A stretch of DNA of 64,000 nucleotides, taken from an uncultured Acidobacteriota bacterium. GTDB taxonomy: Bacteria; Acidobacteriota; JAQAZP01. Where the stretch lies: NCBI GenBank assembly GCA_963836075.1, contig CAWIIB010000008.1, positions 1-64,000 of the forward strand. Reading direction: 5' to 3'. Below the pieces are notes generated by a model. That model searched no databases, was not told the origin of the DNA, and saw only the letters and a list, made by a program, of their open reading frames with translations. The position numbers were made by a program, and so were the translations under genes. Positions 1 through 9,270 of this stretch are shown piece after piece; positions within the stretch are counted from its first letter, which is position 1; every line of letters starts with the position of its first letter.

Positions 1-1906
1 GACGATCACGGCACGATCCAGGCCGCCATCGATGCGTCGGCAGACGGTGACACGGTCATCGTCCTGCCGGGAACTTACGTGGAGAACATCAACTTCAACG
101 GTAAGGCGATCACCCTGCAGAGCGAGCAGGGGCCAGATGTCACCACTATTGACGGGAATCAGGCCGGCACTGTGGTGACGTTCCAGAATGGCGAGGGGCA
201 GGATTCTGTGATTGATGGATTCACCATCCAAAATGGTTATGCTGGAACTAACGGCGGTGGAATCTTTTGCACAGGTAACTCCTCTCCGCTGATCTCCAAC
301 AATGCCATCACGGGTAACGCTGCAACCTATGGCGGCGGAATCTGTTGCAATCCTGGTTCCTCCCCGCTAATTACCAACAATACCATCATCGATAACTCGG
401 CTGATTATGGCGGGGGGATCTTTTGCTGGCAGGAACGCTTCCCCAATAATCTCGAATAATTCCATCACCAAAAACACGGCCATTGAGACTGCCGGCGGAG
501 TATATTGCCATATATGATACCTCCGCGCTAATCACCAACAATTCCATTTACGGATAACATGGCAGAGTACGGTGGCGGAATCTTCTCCGCATCTGGTGCC
601 TCCTCATCAATCTCCAACAATTCCATTACGGGTAACTCCGCAATTTATGGTGGTGGTATCTATTGCTACGAGAGCATCTCCCTGCTGGTCTCCGACAATA
701 CAATCACGGGATAACTCCGGAAATTGGGGCGGCGGAATCTATTGCAATGAGGGCTCCTCCCCGATCATCTCCGGTAATTCCATCACCAACAACACGGCCA
801 TCTCGCACGGAGGCGGGATCCGCTCCTATAATGCCACTCCTGTAATTCTCAACAACCTGTTTGGCGGAAACTCTGGGCTAACCGGAGGGGGGATTTCCAT
901 CTATTTTGAAGAAACCGGTTTTCCGCCAGCTACCGTTACGGGAAACATCGTTTCAAACAACACGGCCTCAAACGGAGGCGGGGGCATTGCTTTAACGAGC
1001 ACGACGACACCGGTACTGAACAATATCTTCACCGGGAACAGTGCTTTGACTCGTTACGGAGCCGGTATAAATGTCAACAATGATTCGGACGTGCTGATCG
1101 CCAACAACACCATTACAGGCAATAGTGCCGACGTTCTTTCCGGGGGGGGGATTGCGGTCATTACCGAGGCCAGTGCCACCCTGGAGAACAACATTATGTG
1201 GGGGAATAGCTCACCCGCCGGAAAGGAGCTCTCCCTGGTTGATAATTCAACCGTCACCATCAACTTTTGCGATGTGGACGGTGGCCAGAGCTCGGCGGAT
1301 GTGGAAGCCGGCTCCACCCTCAACTGGGGCGGCATGAATATCGACGAAGACCCGCTCTTCTGTTCCGGACCGCTGGGAGATTACTACCTCTGCCAGGACC
1401 CCTGTCAGCCGGGGGTGGTCAACCCTTGCGTGAACACCGGTCATCCATTCAGCCCATTGATCGAGGGGACGACCCGCACCGACTGCCATCCCGATGAGGG
1501 CATATTGGACATGGGCTATCACTATGCCCTCCTCGATACGGTCACGGCAGATCTCGGCTGCGTTCCCGATTCGGGAGTGCTGCCGTTCACTTCCCAGTTC
1601 AGCGTGACGCTGGGCAACGTTGTCGAATACCACCGAACCATCGCCGGAAGGATCAACGTGATCCTGGCCGGTGGTGCGTCCTACCAGAACTGGCGGGCGG
1701 GATACACCAACCTTGGTCCGAACGAGACGTTCGTCACCGCCTGGATGCAGACGCTGCCGGCGCTGGAAAGCCTGGTGGGGGCCAATGTCTTCGAGCTCCA
1801 CGTAGAGGACGTGACGCCGACCCCGTACAACCAGCCGCCCTATCCGCCGTCGGGGGATATCGACACGGCAACCTGTACAGTGATGGGGGAGGTCTCGACA
1901 AAGTAA
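1..1906 (+). CDS. Secreted right-handed parallel beta-helix repeat protein (copy 1; 5' end outside window; several frameshifts between ~430 and ~710) with the shared C-terminal 'PYNQPPY' domain
   Basis: Frame 1 from base 1 reads DDHGTIQAAIDA..GDTVIVLPGTYVENI. GGGI-x-C/SP-x-I-x-NN-x-I-xx-N coils continue across ORFs 79-459 and 572-1906 when frames are switched. The C-terminus is nearly identical to that of 7065-8870. Confidence 0.8.
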
Positions 1907-2043
1907 TTCCCGGTTCCGACCCCGGGGCCGGCACCTGGATCAAGGTGTACACGTATGATGGGTCGCAGGTGATCGAGTGGCTCTCTCTGGAGGCGTTGGA
2001 TGGTTTGACCCACGGCGCCAACGTGGCTGCGGGACACTTTTAG
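1882..2043 (+). pseudogene. Orphan 3' fragment of an FG-GAP-type C-terminal module
   Basis: Translates as DGGGLDKVIPGSDPGAGTWIKVYTYDGSQVIEWLSLEALDGLTHGANVAAGHF*, matching the end of 15050-17473 (DGDGWNEIVVGQGPDPDASGEVKIFQYDGSQVTEWFWLEAFPGMTHGANVAAGQF*). It has no start codon of its own. Confidence 0.85.
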
Positions 2044-2122
2044 GCGGACCAGGATCGGGCGGTAGCTTCTTGGGAGGCTACCGCTCGATGCCCAGCTTGT
2101 GTGCCGGGCGTTGCCCCGGGTA

Positions 2123-3007
2123 TCAGCTCGGGGTGCGTGCAGAAGCATCGCCAAGGTATTCGGCGAGCCGGTGGAGATGATACTGGAAGAGGTTGGTGTC
2201 CCACAGATCGAGGCTCTCCTGCTCGCGGTCGGGGATGAAGCGCGACACATCCTGCCTGGCCGTGGCCCAGTCGATCTCGTCGATCCGGGAGCGCATGGTC
2301 TCGATATACCAGTCGGCGCCTACCTGGATATCCTGACCGGCCCAGGGCCCCTGTTGCTGGATGGCATTCTGCAGCAGATCGAACCGGGGTCGCACCTGTT
2401 TTGCGACGAACCAGATGAAGTCATACCAGTCACGGCCCTTGGTGTAGCTCCGGCAGAGCAGGGCATGGGACTTGGTGGCGAAGGCGGATGGAAGATCCTG
2501 CGTGGTGATCGCCGTGGTCGTCGGAAACGTGATGTACTGGCTGATCCATTTCGAGCCTCGCGGGGGATTGGTATCCGCCTCGAGCTTGATGCGGATCTTC
2601 TTTCTCGGATCGCGTGGAAACGGCAGGTCCCCCATCAGATTGTCCCCAGGGTTTTTAAGCCGGAGCAGCGTTTTCCTGACAGCCACGTCCGGGGCTGACC
2701 GGTCATCCAACTCGAAGTCGATCCCGTAGGCCCGCGAATCCTGGACGATCCGCTGAAGATACGGGTTCCACGAGAACTCCGGATCGGGATCTTTGAGCAG
2801 GAAATCAAGGTCTTCGGAGAACCGGCTCATCCCGTGCAGAATCCGCAGGCAGGTGCCGCCGTGAAATGCGGCTGTTTTAAAAAAGCCGGCACGGGACAGG
2901 CTGGCCAGAACCAGTTGCTGGATCAACTCCCGCAGGACGTTCTCCTGCTCGAGGATGCTCTCCGGGTTGTAGTCCCGGAGACGGTTGCTCAGCAGGCCAC
3001 CATTCAT
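2123..3007 (-). CDS. AbiEii-family nucleotidyltransferase toxin (type IV TA)
   Basis: FHGGTCLRILHGMSRFSEDLDF (GGT / RxSEDLDF) and KGRDWYD motifs. Start ATG at 3007 overlaps the partner's stop codon (ATGA). Confidence 0.88.
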   Translation of the reverse strand: MNGGLLSNRLRDYNPESILEQENVLRELIQQLVLASLSRAGFFKTAAFHGGTCLRILHGMSRFSEDLDFLLKDPDPEFSWNPYLQRIVQDSRAYGIDFELDDRSAPDVAVRKTLLRLKNPGDNLMGDLPFPRDPRKKIRIKLEADTNPPRGSKWISQYITFPTTTAITTQDLPSAFATKSHALLCRSYTKGRDWYDFIWFVAKQVRPRFDLLQNAIQQQGPWAGQDIQVGADWYIETMRSRIDEIDWATARQDVSRFIPDREQESLDLWDTNLFQYHLHRLAEYLGDASARTPS

Positions 3008-3657
3008 GGTTTCAGTGCCTCTTTCATGCCGGTCAGGTAGCGGCCGACCCGTCGGTTGGTCAAACTCTCCTGCAGTGCATCCAATTGATCCAGCGGCAAC
3101 AGGCGGAGGTCCTCTTCTTCTATCCGCAGGGAATGGGTGAGAAAGTCCAGACCGTCCTGGTCCCAATGTACGTCTTTTCTCAGGTAGACCAGATCGGCGA
3201 TGGCGCGCAGGGGAGAGGCAATAAATGCCCAGTTGTCCGAACCCAGGTCCACCGCACTGACACCGCTCCCCGGATTTTTTGCCGGTACCCGTTTGAAGGT
3301 AAATTCGCCCAGCGGTGTCCGGAAACAGCGGCTGCGCATGGTGGTCACGCTGCTGACCCCGAACACGGCCTCAGGAATCAGCCCGTGGTGCGAGAGCGAA
3401 GACTCCAGGCTGATGTGCGAAGGGGAGTGCAGGATACCGGCCACAACGAAGGGGTGAGGTTCGGATTTCCGATATTCCGGGGCCAGGCAATACTGACCAG
3501 GCTTGAGTCTCAGCACCTCCCCGTGCTTCACCGCGCGATGGACCAGCAGCCGCGCGCCTCCCCTGGAGGCCTCGGGAAACAGCGTGGCCACCACGGACTC
3601 ATCGAACAACCCGCCTGGAGGTGCCAGCTTGTATACGAGTTCTGTCAGACTTTGCAT
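3004..3657 (-). CDS. AbiEi-family antitoxin / transcriptional regulator
   Basis: RLKPGQY, PSHISLESSLSHHGLIPE and IASPLRAIADLVY are AbiEi-like motifs. Translationally coupled to the toxin. The ORF-track extension to 4161 overlaps the kinase and is unlikely. Confidence 0.82.
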   Translation of the reverse strand: MQSLTELVYKLAPPGGLFDESVVATLFPEASRGGARLLVHRAVKHGEVLRLKPGQYCLAPEYRKSEPHPFVVAGILHSPSHISLESSLSHHGLIPEAVFGVSSVTTMRSRCFRTPLGEFTFKRVPAKNPGSGVSAVDLGSDNWAFIASPLRAIADLVYLRKDVHWDQDGLDFLTHSLRIEEEDLRLLPLDQLDALQESLTNRRVGRYLTGMKEALKP

Positions 3658-3687
3658 GGATCGGTATCTCTCAAATATTCGCATGTA

Positions 3688-3706
3688 GATTACGATAATC
3701 GTAATC
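3688..3706. promoter_or_regulatory. Perfect inverted repeat, candidate AbiEi autorepression operator
   Basis: GATTACGAT-a-ATCGTAATC, ~30 bp upstream of the abiEi start in an AT-rich region. Confidence 0.6.
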
Positions 3707-3772
3707 GAAATACAAATATTATTTATGCCCAGGTTATTCATATCCGTGCAACTGCTGTCCTGTGAGTGGTGA

Positions 3773-3818
3773 TTACTTGATCCCCAGCTTGCGCATCTGG
3801 GATCCCGGAGGGTGGTGG
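3773..3818 (-). pseudogene. Remnant of the 3' end (Fis-HTH tail) of an FhlA-like sigma54 activator
   Basis: Minus strand reads STTLR(+2 nt)SQMRKLGIK*. 19 bp GATCCCCAGCTTGCGCATC (3779-3797) is identical to 28972-28990 ([13 protein letters not shown]). Confidence 0.6.
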
Positions 3819-3823
3819 ATCGA

Positions 3824-6119
3824 TTACTCGTGGGCGCCATCCGTCTGCTGCGACGAGGTCTCCGTTTCTGGCTCGGGCAGTTTCGCCCGCCACTGGTTGG
3901 CCTTTTCCGGCTTGCCCCAGGCGTCGTAAAGCTCGATGAGGAGTTCGACCGCGTATTTCGTCCCGAAGTGTTCAAGGACGGGTGCGTCGTTGATTTTCTT
4001 GTGGAAATCAATAGCCAGGGTTTCGGCCTCCTGCCATTTGCCCTGTTTGACCAGGGTTCTGGCCAGTCCCCAGTGTGAGTAGAGCGTAAAAGTATGCCCC
4101 TCGCCCAGCACGCGTTGCTGAAGTTCGAGCGCACGCACATACTGCGCTTCGGCCTCGTCATACCGGCCCTGGCAATAGTGCAGATAGCCCAGATCGTTCA
4201 AGCAGGCCAGCGTGTCCGGATGCTCTTCGCCCAGCACACGTTGCTTGAGTTCGAGCGCCTGCACCAACAGCGGTTCGGCCTCGTCATACCGGCCATACGC
4301 CAAGTACATCCAGCCCATGTAGTGCATGGTGAACAGCGTTTCCGGGTGTTCCTCGCCCAGCACACGCCGCTGAAGTTCAAGCGTCCGTGCATACAGCGAC
4401 TCGACCTCTTCATAAGTGCCCTCCTCCATGGAGAGGTAGGTCACTTGGCCCATGGAGGCCAATGTGTCCGGGTGCTCCTCACCAAGCACGCGCCGCTGAA
4501 GTTCGAACGCCTTCGTAAACAGCGACATGGACTCGTCGACGTGGCCCTGGTTCCCATGCACATAGGCCAGGTAGTACATTGAGGAGAGCGTATCCGGGTG
4601 TTCCTCGCCCAGTTCCCGCTTCCGAAGCTCGAGCGCGGTCTCCAGGTGCATTTCAGCAGTTGGGTACTTGCCCAGTGCGAGGTAGGTTCTGCCGATGGTC
4701 GTGCGGAGGGTGGCTTCGACCAGTGGGTAATCGGTGAAGGCTGTGTCGATGTCTTTCGCGGCCTTGTCCAGCATCCCCTCAATGGTCACCTCGCGCCCCT
4801 GGACCACCGCCGGGTCCACCGACGCCAGCGTGTCACTGAGGAACGTGATCACGGTTTCAGCCTCTTCTTCTGAGGCCAGCGCCCGGTCCCGCTCCCGCTC
4901 GGCCCTGAGATACATCCCGGTGCTGACCACCAGGCCCACCGCCAGCACAACGAAGATGGACGTCAGGGCTCCGAAGAGTGCCTTGTGGCGCCGGGCAAAG
5001 ATCCGCAGCTGGTAGACGATGCTCGGCGGCCGGCCGACGATCGCCTCTCCGGCAAGATAGCGGCGGATGTCCTGGGCCAGCTCCACCGCCGACTGGTAGC
5101 GGCGCTCCCGCTCCTTCTCCAGGGCCTTCAGCGCGATGGTCTCCACGTCGCCTCTGAGCTGTTTGCTGATCGTGCTCGGCCGTGTGGGCTGCTCCTCGCG
5201 GATCACCCGGGTCACCTCGTGAAAGGCCTTCTTTCTCACGTCGTAGGGCAGCCGGCCGCAGAGCAGTTCATACTGCACCACCCCCAGGGCATAGACGTCG
5301 CTCCGGGTGTCGATGTCGTGGGGATCGGCCTCGCACTGCTCCGGCGACATGTACTGCAGGGTGCCGATCAGCTGGCCCACGTCGGTCTGCAGGGTGGTCA
5401 GCGCCATGTCCGAGTCGGTGGAGCGGGCCACGCCGAAGTCGATGATCTTCACCTGTCCCTGGGGGCCCACCAGGATGTTGCCCGGCTTGAGGTCACGGTG
5501 GATGATCCCCTTCTGGTGGCCGTGATGGACGGCGTCGCAGACCTGGGCGAAGAGCTGCATGCGCTCCCTGGTGCCCAGCTTCTTCTCATCGGCGTACTCG
5601 GATGATGGACCGGGCATTGGGGACATACTCCATGGCAAAGTAGGGGATTGGCCCAGTGCCGTCGTCGTGGGTGCCCGCCTCGTAGACCTGGGCGATGCCC
5701 GGGTGCTGAAGCCGGGCCAGGAGCTGGGACTCGTATTCAAAGCGCCGGAGGGCCCTGGTGGAGGCGATGCCCGACTTCATCACCTTGAGGGCCACGGTCC
5801 TCCGGGGCTTCTCCTGCAGCGCCTCGTAGACCACGCCCATGCCGCCCGCGGCGATGACCCGTTTGATGGTGTAGCGGCCGATCTTTTTGGGGATGGGCGG
5901 CGCTTCGGCCTCGGGCTCGACTGCTGTGTCCGTCACCTTGCCGGCCCTTTGCAGGATATCCGAAGACGGGGCGCCATCAGCCAGGACCGCCTCGGCCTCG
6001 CGTCGCAGTTCGGGATCGTCCCCGCAGGCCTCGTCCAGGTAAGCCTTTCGCTCCTCCAACGGAAGATCGGCCGCCCGGAGGACGATCTGTTTCAGTTGAG
6101 CGAAGCTCTCCGGTTTCAA
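3824..6119 (-). CDS. Membrane Ser/Thr protein kinase with TPR ectodomain (kinase 1; one frameshift near 5602)
   Basis: AAGGMGVVY, VALK, HRDLKPGN, DFG and GTLQYMSPEQ motifs; TM segment LFGALTSIFVVLAVGLVV; 42-aa LGEEHPDT repeats. TTG start overlaps the ECF stop (TTGA). ORFs 5586-6137 and 3824-5740 join by removing one base, by comparison with kinase 2. Confidence 0.88.
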
Positions 6120-6703
6120 GCGGCAGGCCCTCCCCACAGCTCACGGCGCAGCCACATCTTGGCCATCCGCCAATCCTGATGGACCGTTCGCTCGGAAACT
6201 TCAAGAACGAACGCCGCTTCCACGACGGTCATCCCGGCAAAGACACGAAACTCCACGACCTGGGCCATACGTTGGTCCATCTCATTGAGTCTGGTGAGTG
6301 CCTCATCGAGCTCGAGGACTCCCACGGCTTTTTCTGTCCCCACGCCCAGCTTGCTGTCCAGCGTTACTTTGGGACTGCCGCCTCCCCGTTTGGCTGCCGA
6401 GCGGCGGCGCTCGTGGTCAATGAGGATACGCCGCATGGCCCGTGCGGCGGTCCTGAAGAAGTGGGCCTGGTCCCGCCAATTGGTGCGGGTCTGGTCCACC
6501 AGCCGCAGGTAGGCCTCGTGAACGATCGCGGTAGGCTGAAGGGTGTGATCGATGCGTTCCCGGCGCATCAGGTCCACGGCAATGCGGTGAAGCTCGCTGT
6601 AAACGTGCTCGAAGAGCCGGTCGCTGTATTCCTGCCGACCTGCCTCGTCACCCTGGAGGGAGAGAAGGATCCCGGTGACTTCGGATCGGGCGGGCTCGGC
6701 CAT
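6116..6703 (-). CDS. ECF sigma factor of the Ser/Thr-kinase-associated type
   Basis: HTLQPTAIVHEAYLRL, HFFRTAARAMRRILID, AAKRGGG and SERTVHQDWRMAKMWL motifs. Coupled to the downstream kinase. Confidence 0.9.
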   Translation of the reverse strand: MAEPARSEVTGILLSLQGDEAGRQEYSDRLFEHVYSELHRIAVDLMRRERIDHTLQPTAIVHEAYLRLVDQTRTNWRDQAHFFRTAARAMRRILIDHERRRSAAKRGGGSPKVTLDSKLGVGTEKAVGVLELDEALTRLNEMDQRMAQVVEFRVFAGMTVVEAAFVLEVSERTVHQDWRMAKMWLRRELWGGPAA

Positions 6704-6809
6704 GCACCACCCCCGTTGTTGACGAACGTAAATGAGCCACTGTGAACCTGGATTTCACGGCAGCCGTCGATGTTGTCTGTATCCTGCTCTGCCGCCTGCG
6801 CTTTTCCCT

Positions 6810-6837
6810 ATTATCCATGCTGTTGTCATAAACTCAA
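6810..6837 (-). promoter_or_regulatory. Candidate sigma70-like promoter of the ECF-kinase operon
   Basis: Minus strand TTGAGT-N16-GATAAT. The TTG...N16-GATAAT arrangement and the flanking TTTTC(A/C)CTATTATCCA block recur near 14790 and 24925. Confidence 0.45.
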
Positions 6838-6946
6838 TGTTTTTCTGACTTTCCTGACTCCGGCTGCGAGTCATCAACTAGATGTAAACCTTACATAGGA
6901 CTTGGCTTATCGTCTGTTTGGCACGTGTTTCCATTCAAATTTTCGC

Positions 6947-6985
6947 TGCAGGTTTCCCATCCTTATTGCGCTTATATAAGTGGAG
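6947..6985 (+). promoter_or_regulatory. Conserved 39-bp element upstream of beta-helix gene, candidate ECF promoter (copy A)
   Basis: TGCAGGTTT...GCGCTTATATAAGTGGAG, with the same length and ends at 14932-14970 and 24979-25017. Confidence 0.55.
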
Positions 6986-7064
6986 CAGCACAAAACGTGC
7001 AGTGCTGGCCCCGAGGAATCACTGGTGCTTCATCTCTCACAACCCATTGAAAAGGAGGCCTGTC

Positions 7065-8870
7065 ATGAAACGATTGCTGGTTTTTTTACTCATCATGGTC
7101 TTTCCGGTTTTTGGCATGGCGGCCACGATCCACGTGCCCGGTGATCAGCCGACCATTCAGGCAGGAATCGATGCGGCCTTGGACGGGGACACGGTGCTTG
7201 TGGCTCCGGGCACCTATGTCGAGAACATCGACTTCCTCGGCAAGGCGATCACGGTGGTCAGTGAGCAAGGGCCAGACGTGACGATCATCGACGGCGGCAG
7301 TCCGCCCGATCCCGATGTTGGCAGCGTCGTGACTTTTGAGAGCGGTGAAGGGCTGGACTCGATCCTGGAAGGGTTCACCGTGACCAATGGTACCGGCAGC
7401 CTATTCCCGGGCCAGGGGTATAACGGAGGAGGCATTTTTACACATTTCTCCTCCCCGACCATAACCGGAAACATCATCACCGGTAACCTGTTGCTTTATG
7501 ACTACAGCCATGGTGGGGGAATCTTCATCAACAATGCATCCCCGACGGTTACCGGCAACACGATCAGCGGAAACCAGGCCGCCGCGGGAGGGGGAATCGA
7601 CTTCCAGTTCAACTGTTTCTCGATTGTTGCCGACAACTTGATCAATCGAAATACGGGTACGTATTTTGGTGGCGGGATAACGGTCAGCTATGACTGTGAC
7701 CCGGTGATCAGGAACAACGACATTTCCGATAATGTGAGTAACAGCCCGACAGGCTATGGAGGCGGCGGAATCCTTGTCGCAGGTAATTGTTCCCCGACGA
7801 TCACTGGCAATACGATCAGAGGGAACTCGACCTTCAATTGCGGTGGTGGAATAGACATCCGAGAAGACTCTCACCCAGTGATCTCCGACAATTCCATCAC
7901 CGGTAATACAGCTGCTCTTTGGGGTGGTGGACTTTATTGCCTTGGTGCCAGCGGTATTCAAGCGCCAACAGTAACCAACAATATCTTCACCGGGAACTCG
8001 GCAGACGGGGGCGGCGGTGCGATCAGCTGCAACGTGTTCGACTCGATGATTCTCAGCAACAACACGATTACCGGGAATTCATCAATTACCTACGGCGGGG
8101 GTATCGAATGCTGGCAGGCTTCATTAACGATACTCAACACAATCTTCTGGAACAACATTGCTCCGACCGGAACTGGACCTGAAATCTGGGTTGGCGGTAG
8201 CCCATCTGAACTCACCATCAGCTATTCCAATGTTGAGGGCGGAATGGATTCGGCGTATGTGGAAGCCGGCAGCACCCTCAACTGGGGCGGCGGGATGATC
8301 GACGAGGACCCGCAGTTCGTTACCGGGCCTGATGGTGACTACTATCTCTGCCAGGATCCCTGCCAGCCGGGGGTTGACAACCCTTGCGTGAACACCGGTC
8401 ATCCGTTCAGCCCATTGATCGAGGGGACGACCCGCACCGACTGCCATCCCGATGAGGGCATATTGGACATGGGCTATCATTACCCCCTCCCGGACGCTCC
8501 CCTGGATACGGTCACGGCCGATCTCGGCTGCGTCCCCGGTTCGGGAGTGCTGCCGTTCACTTCCCAGTTCAGCGTGACGCTGAGCAACGTTGTCGAATAC
8601 CACCGAACCATCGCCGGAAGGATCAACGTGATCCTGGCCGGTGGTGCGTCCTACCAGAACTGGCGGGCGGGGTACACCAACCTTGGTCCGAACGAAACGT
8701 TCGTCACCGCCTGGATGCAGACGCTGCCGGCGCTGGCAAGCCTGGCGGGGGCGAATGTCTTCGAGCTTCATGCCGAGGACGTGACGCCGTCCCCTTACAA
8801 CCAGCCGCCCTATCCGGCAGCGGGTGACGTGGACACTGCGACGTGCACGGTGACGGGGATCGCTCCTTGA
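7065..8870 (+). CDS. Secreted parallel beta-helix repeat protein (copy 2) with C-terminal 'PYNQPPY' domain
   Basis: AAGGAGG RBS; signal peptide MKRLLVFLLIMVFPVFGMA; ATIHVPGDQPTIQAGID cap; GGGI/PTITGNTI coils; C-terminal domain from ~8505. Confidence 0.88.
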   Translation: MKRLLVFLLIMVFPVFGMAATIHVPGDQPTIQAGIDAALDGDTVLVAPGTYVENIDFLGKAITVVSEQGPDVTIIDGGSPPDPDVGSVVTFESGEGLDSILEGFTVTNGTGSLFPGQGYNGGGIFTHFSSPTITGNIITGNLLLYDYSHGGGIFINNASPTVTGNTISGNQAAAGGGIDFQFNCFSIVADNLINRNTGTYFGGGITVSYDCDPVIRNNDISDNVSNSPTGYGGGGILVAGNCSPTITGNTIRGNSTFNCGGGIDIREDSHPVISDNSITGNTAALWGGGLYCLGASGIQAPTVTNNIFTGNSADGGGGAISCNVFDSMILSNNTITGNSSITYGGGIECWQASLTILNTIFWNNIAPTGTGPEIWVGGSPSELTISYSNVEGGMDSAYVEAGSTLNWGGGMIDEDPQFVTGPDGDYYLCQDPCQPGVDNPCVNTGHPFSPLIEGTTRTDCHPDEGILDMGYHYPLPDAPLDTVTADLGCVPGSGVLPFTSQFSVTLSNVVEYHRTIAGRINVILAGGASYQNWRAGYTNLGPNETFVTAWMQTLPALASLAGANVFELHAEDVTPSPYNQPPYPAAGDVDTATCTVTGIAP

Positions 8871-9270
8871 TCGAAGCACGGCACTGGCTCAGGGACTGCC
8901 TGGGCCGGTGCTTCATTGAGTCCGGACTTCCACACCAACGCCCTCATCTGCCTATCCGTCGTCCTGCCCCATCACGCTGGGGAATTTCACCTGAATACGT
9001 GTCTTTCATCTCGTGTCTTGATCGTTATGATCGTAGTAGAGAAAAATTACCTGAAAGGCCTTGCTTTGATGTAATTCCGACCCTATTTATTAATCCATCG
9101 GCTCTCCACAAATGCATTTCTGCTGCCTCCGGGAGATAAGGAATGTGTACATCGGGTCAGTATACTGCGGTTCACTTCTGCCCGACTGACCCCTCTCGTA
9201 TAACAGTATTTGTTAGCCCACGGGACGCCTGTCGCCTCTCTTCATTCCGTCACGTTGAGGAGTTATCAGC

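Noticed and set aside
3658-4161. N-terminal extension of the AbiEi ORF to 385 aa
   Set aside because: It overlaps the kinase 3' end out of frame and crosses the operator region; ATG 3657 gives a typical AbiEi length.
4080-4650. 126-bp periodic repeats (also 12500-13200 and 22100-22800) as a possible CRISPR array
   Set aside because: They are in-frame 42-codon TPR repeats inside kinase genes; there are no invariant repeats with unique spacers and no cas genes.
7065-8870. Pmp-like autotransporter call for the GGGI-repeat proteins
   Set aside because: No C-terminal beta-barrel translocator; the genes end in the PYNQPPY or FG-GAP module.
8880-9270. Cobalamin or other riboswitch upstream of the TonB receptor
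   Set aside because: No recognisable B12-box or other aptamer core found by eye; a covariance-model search would be needed to exclude one.
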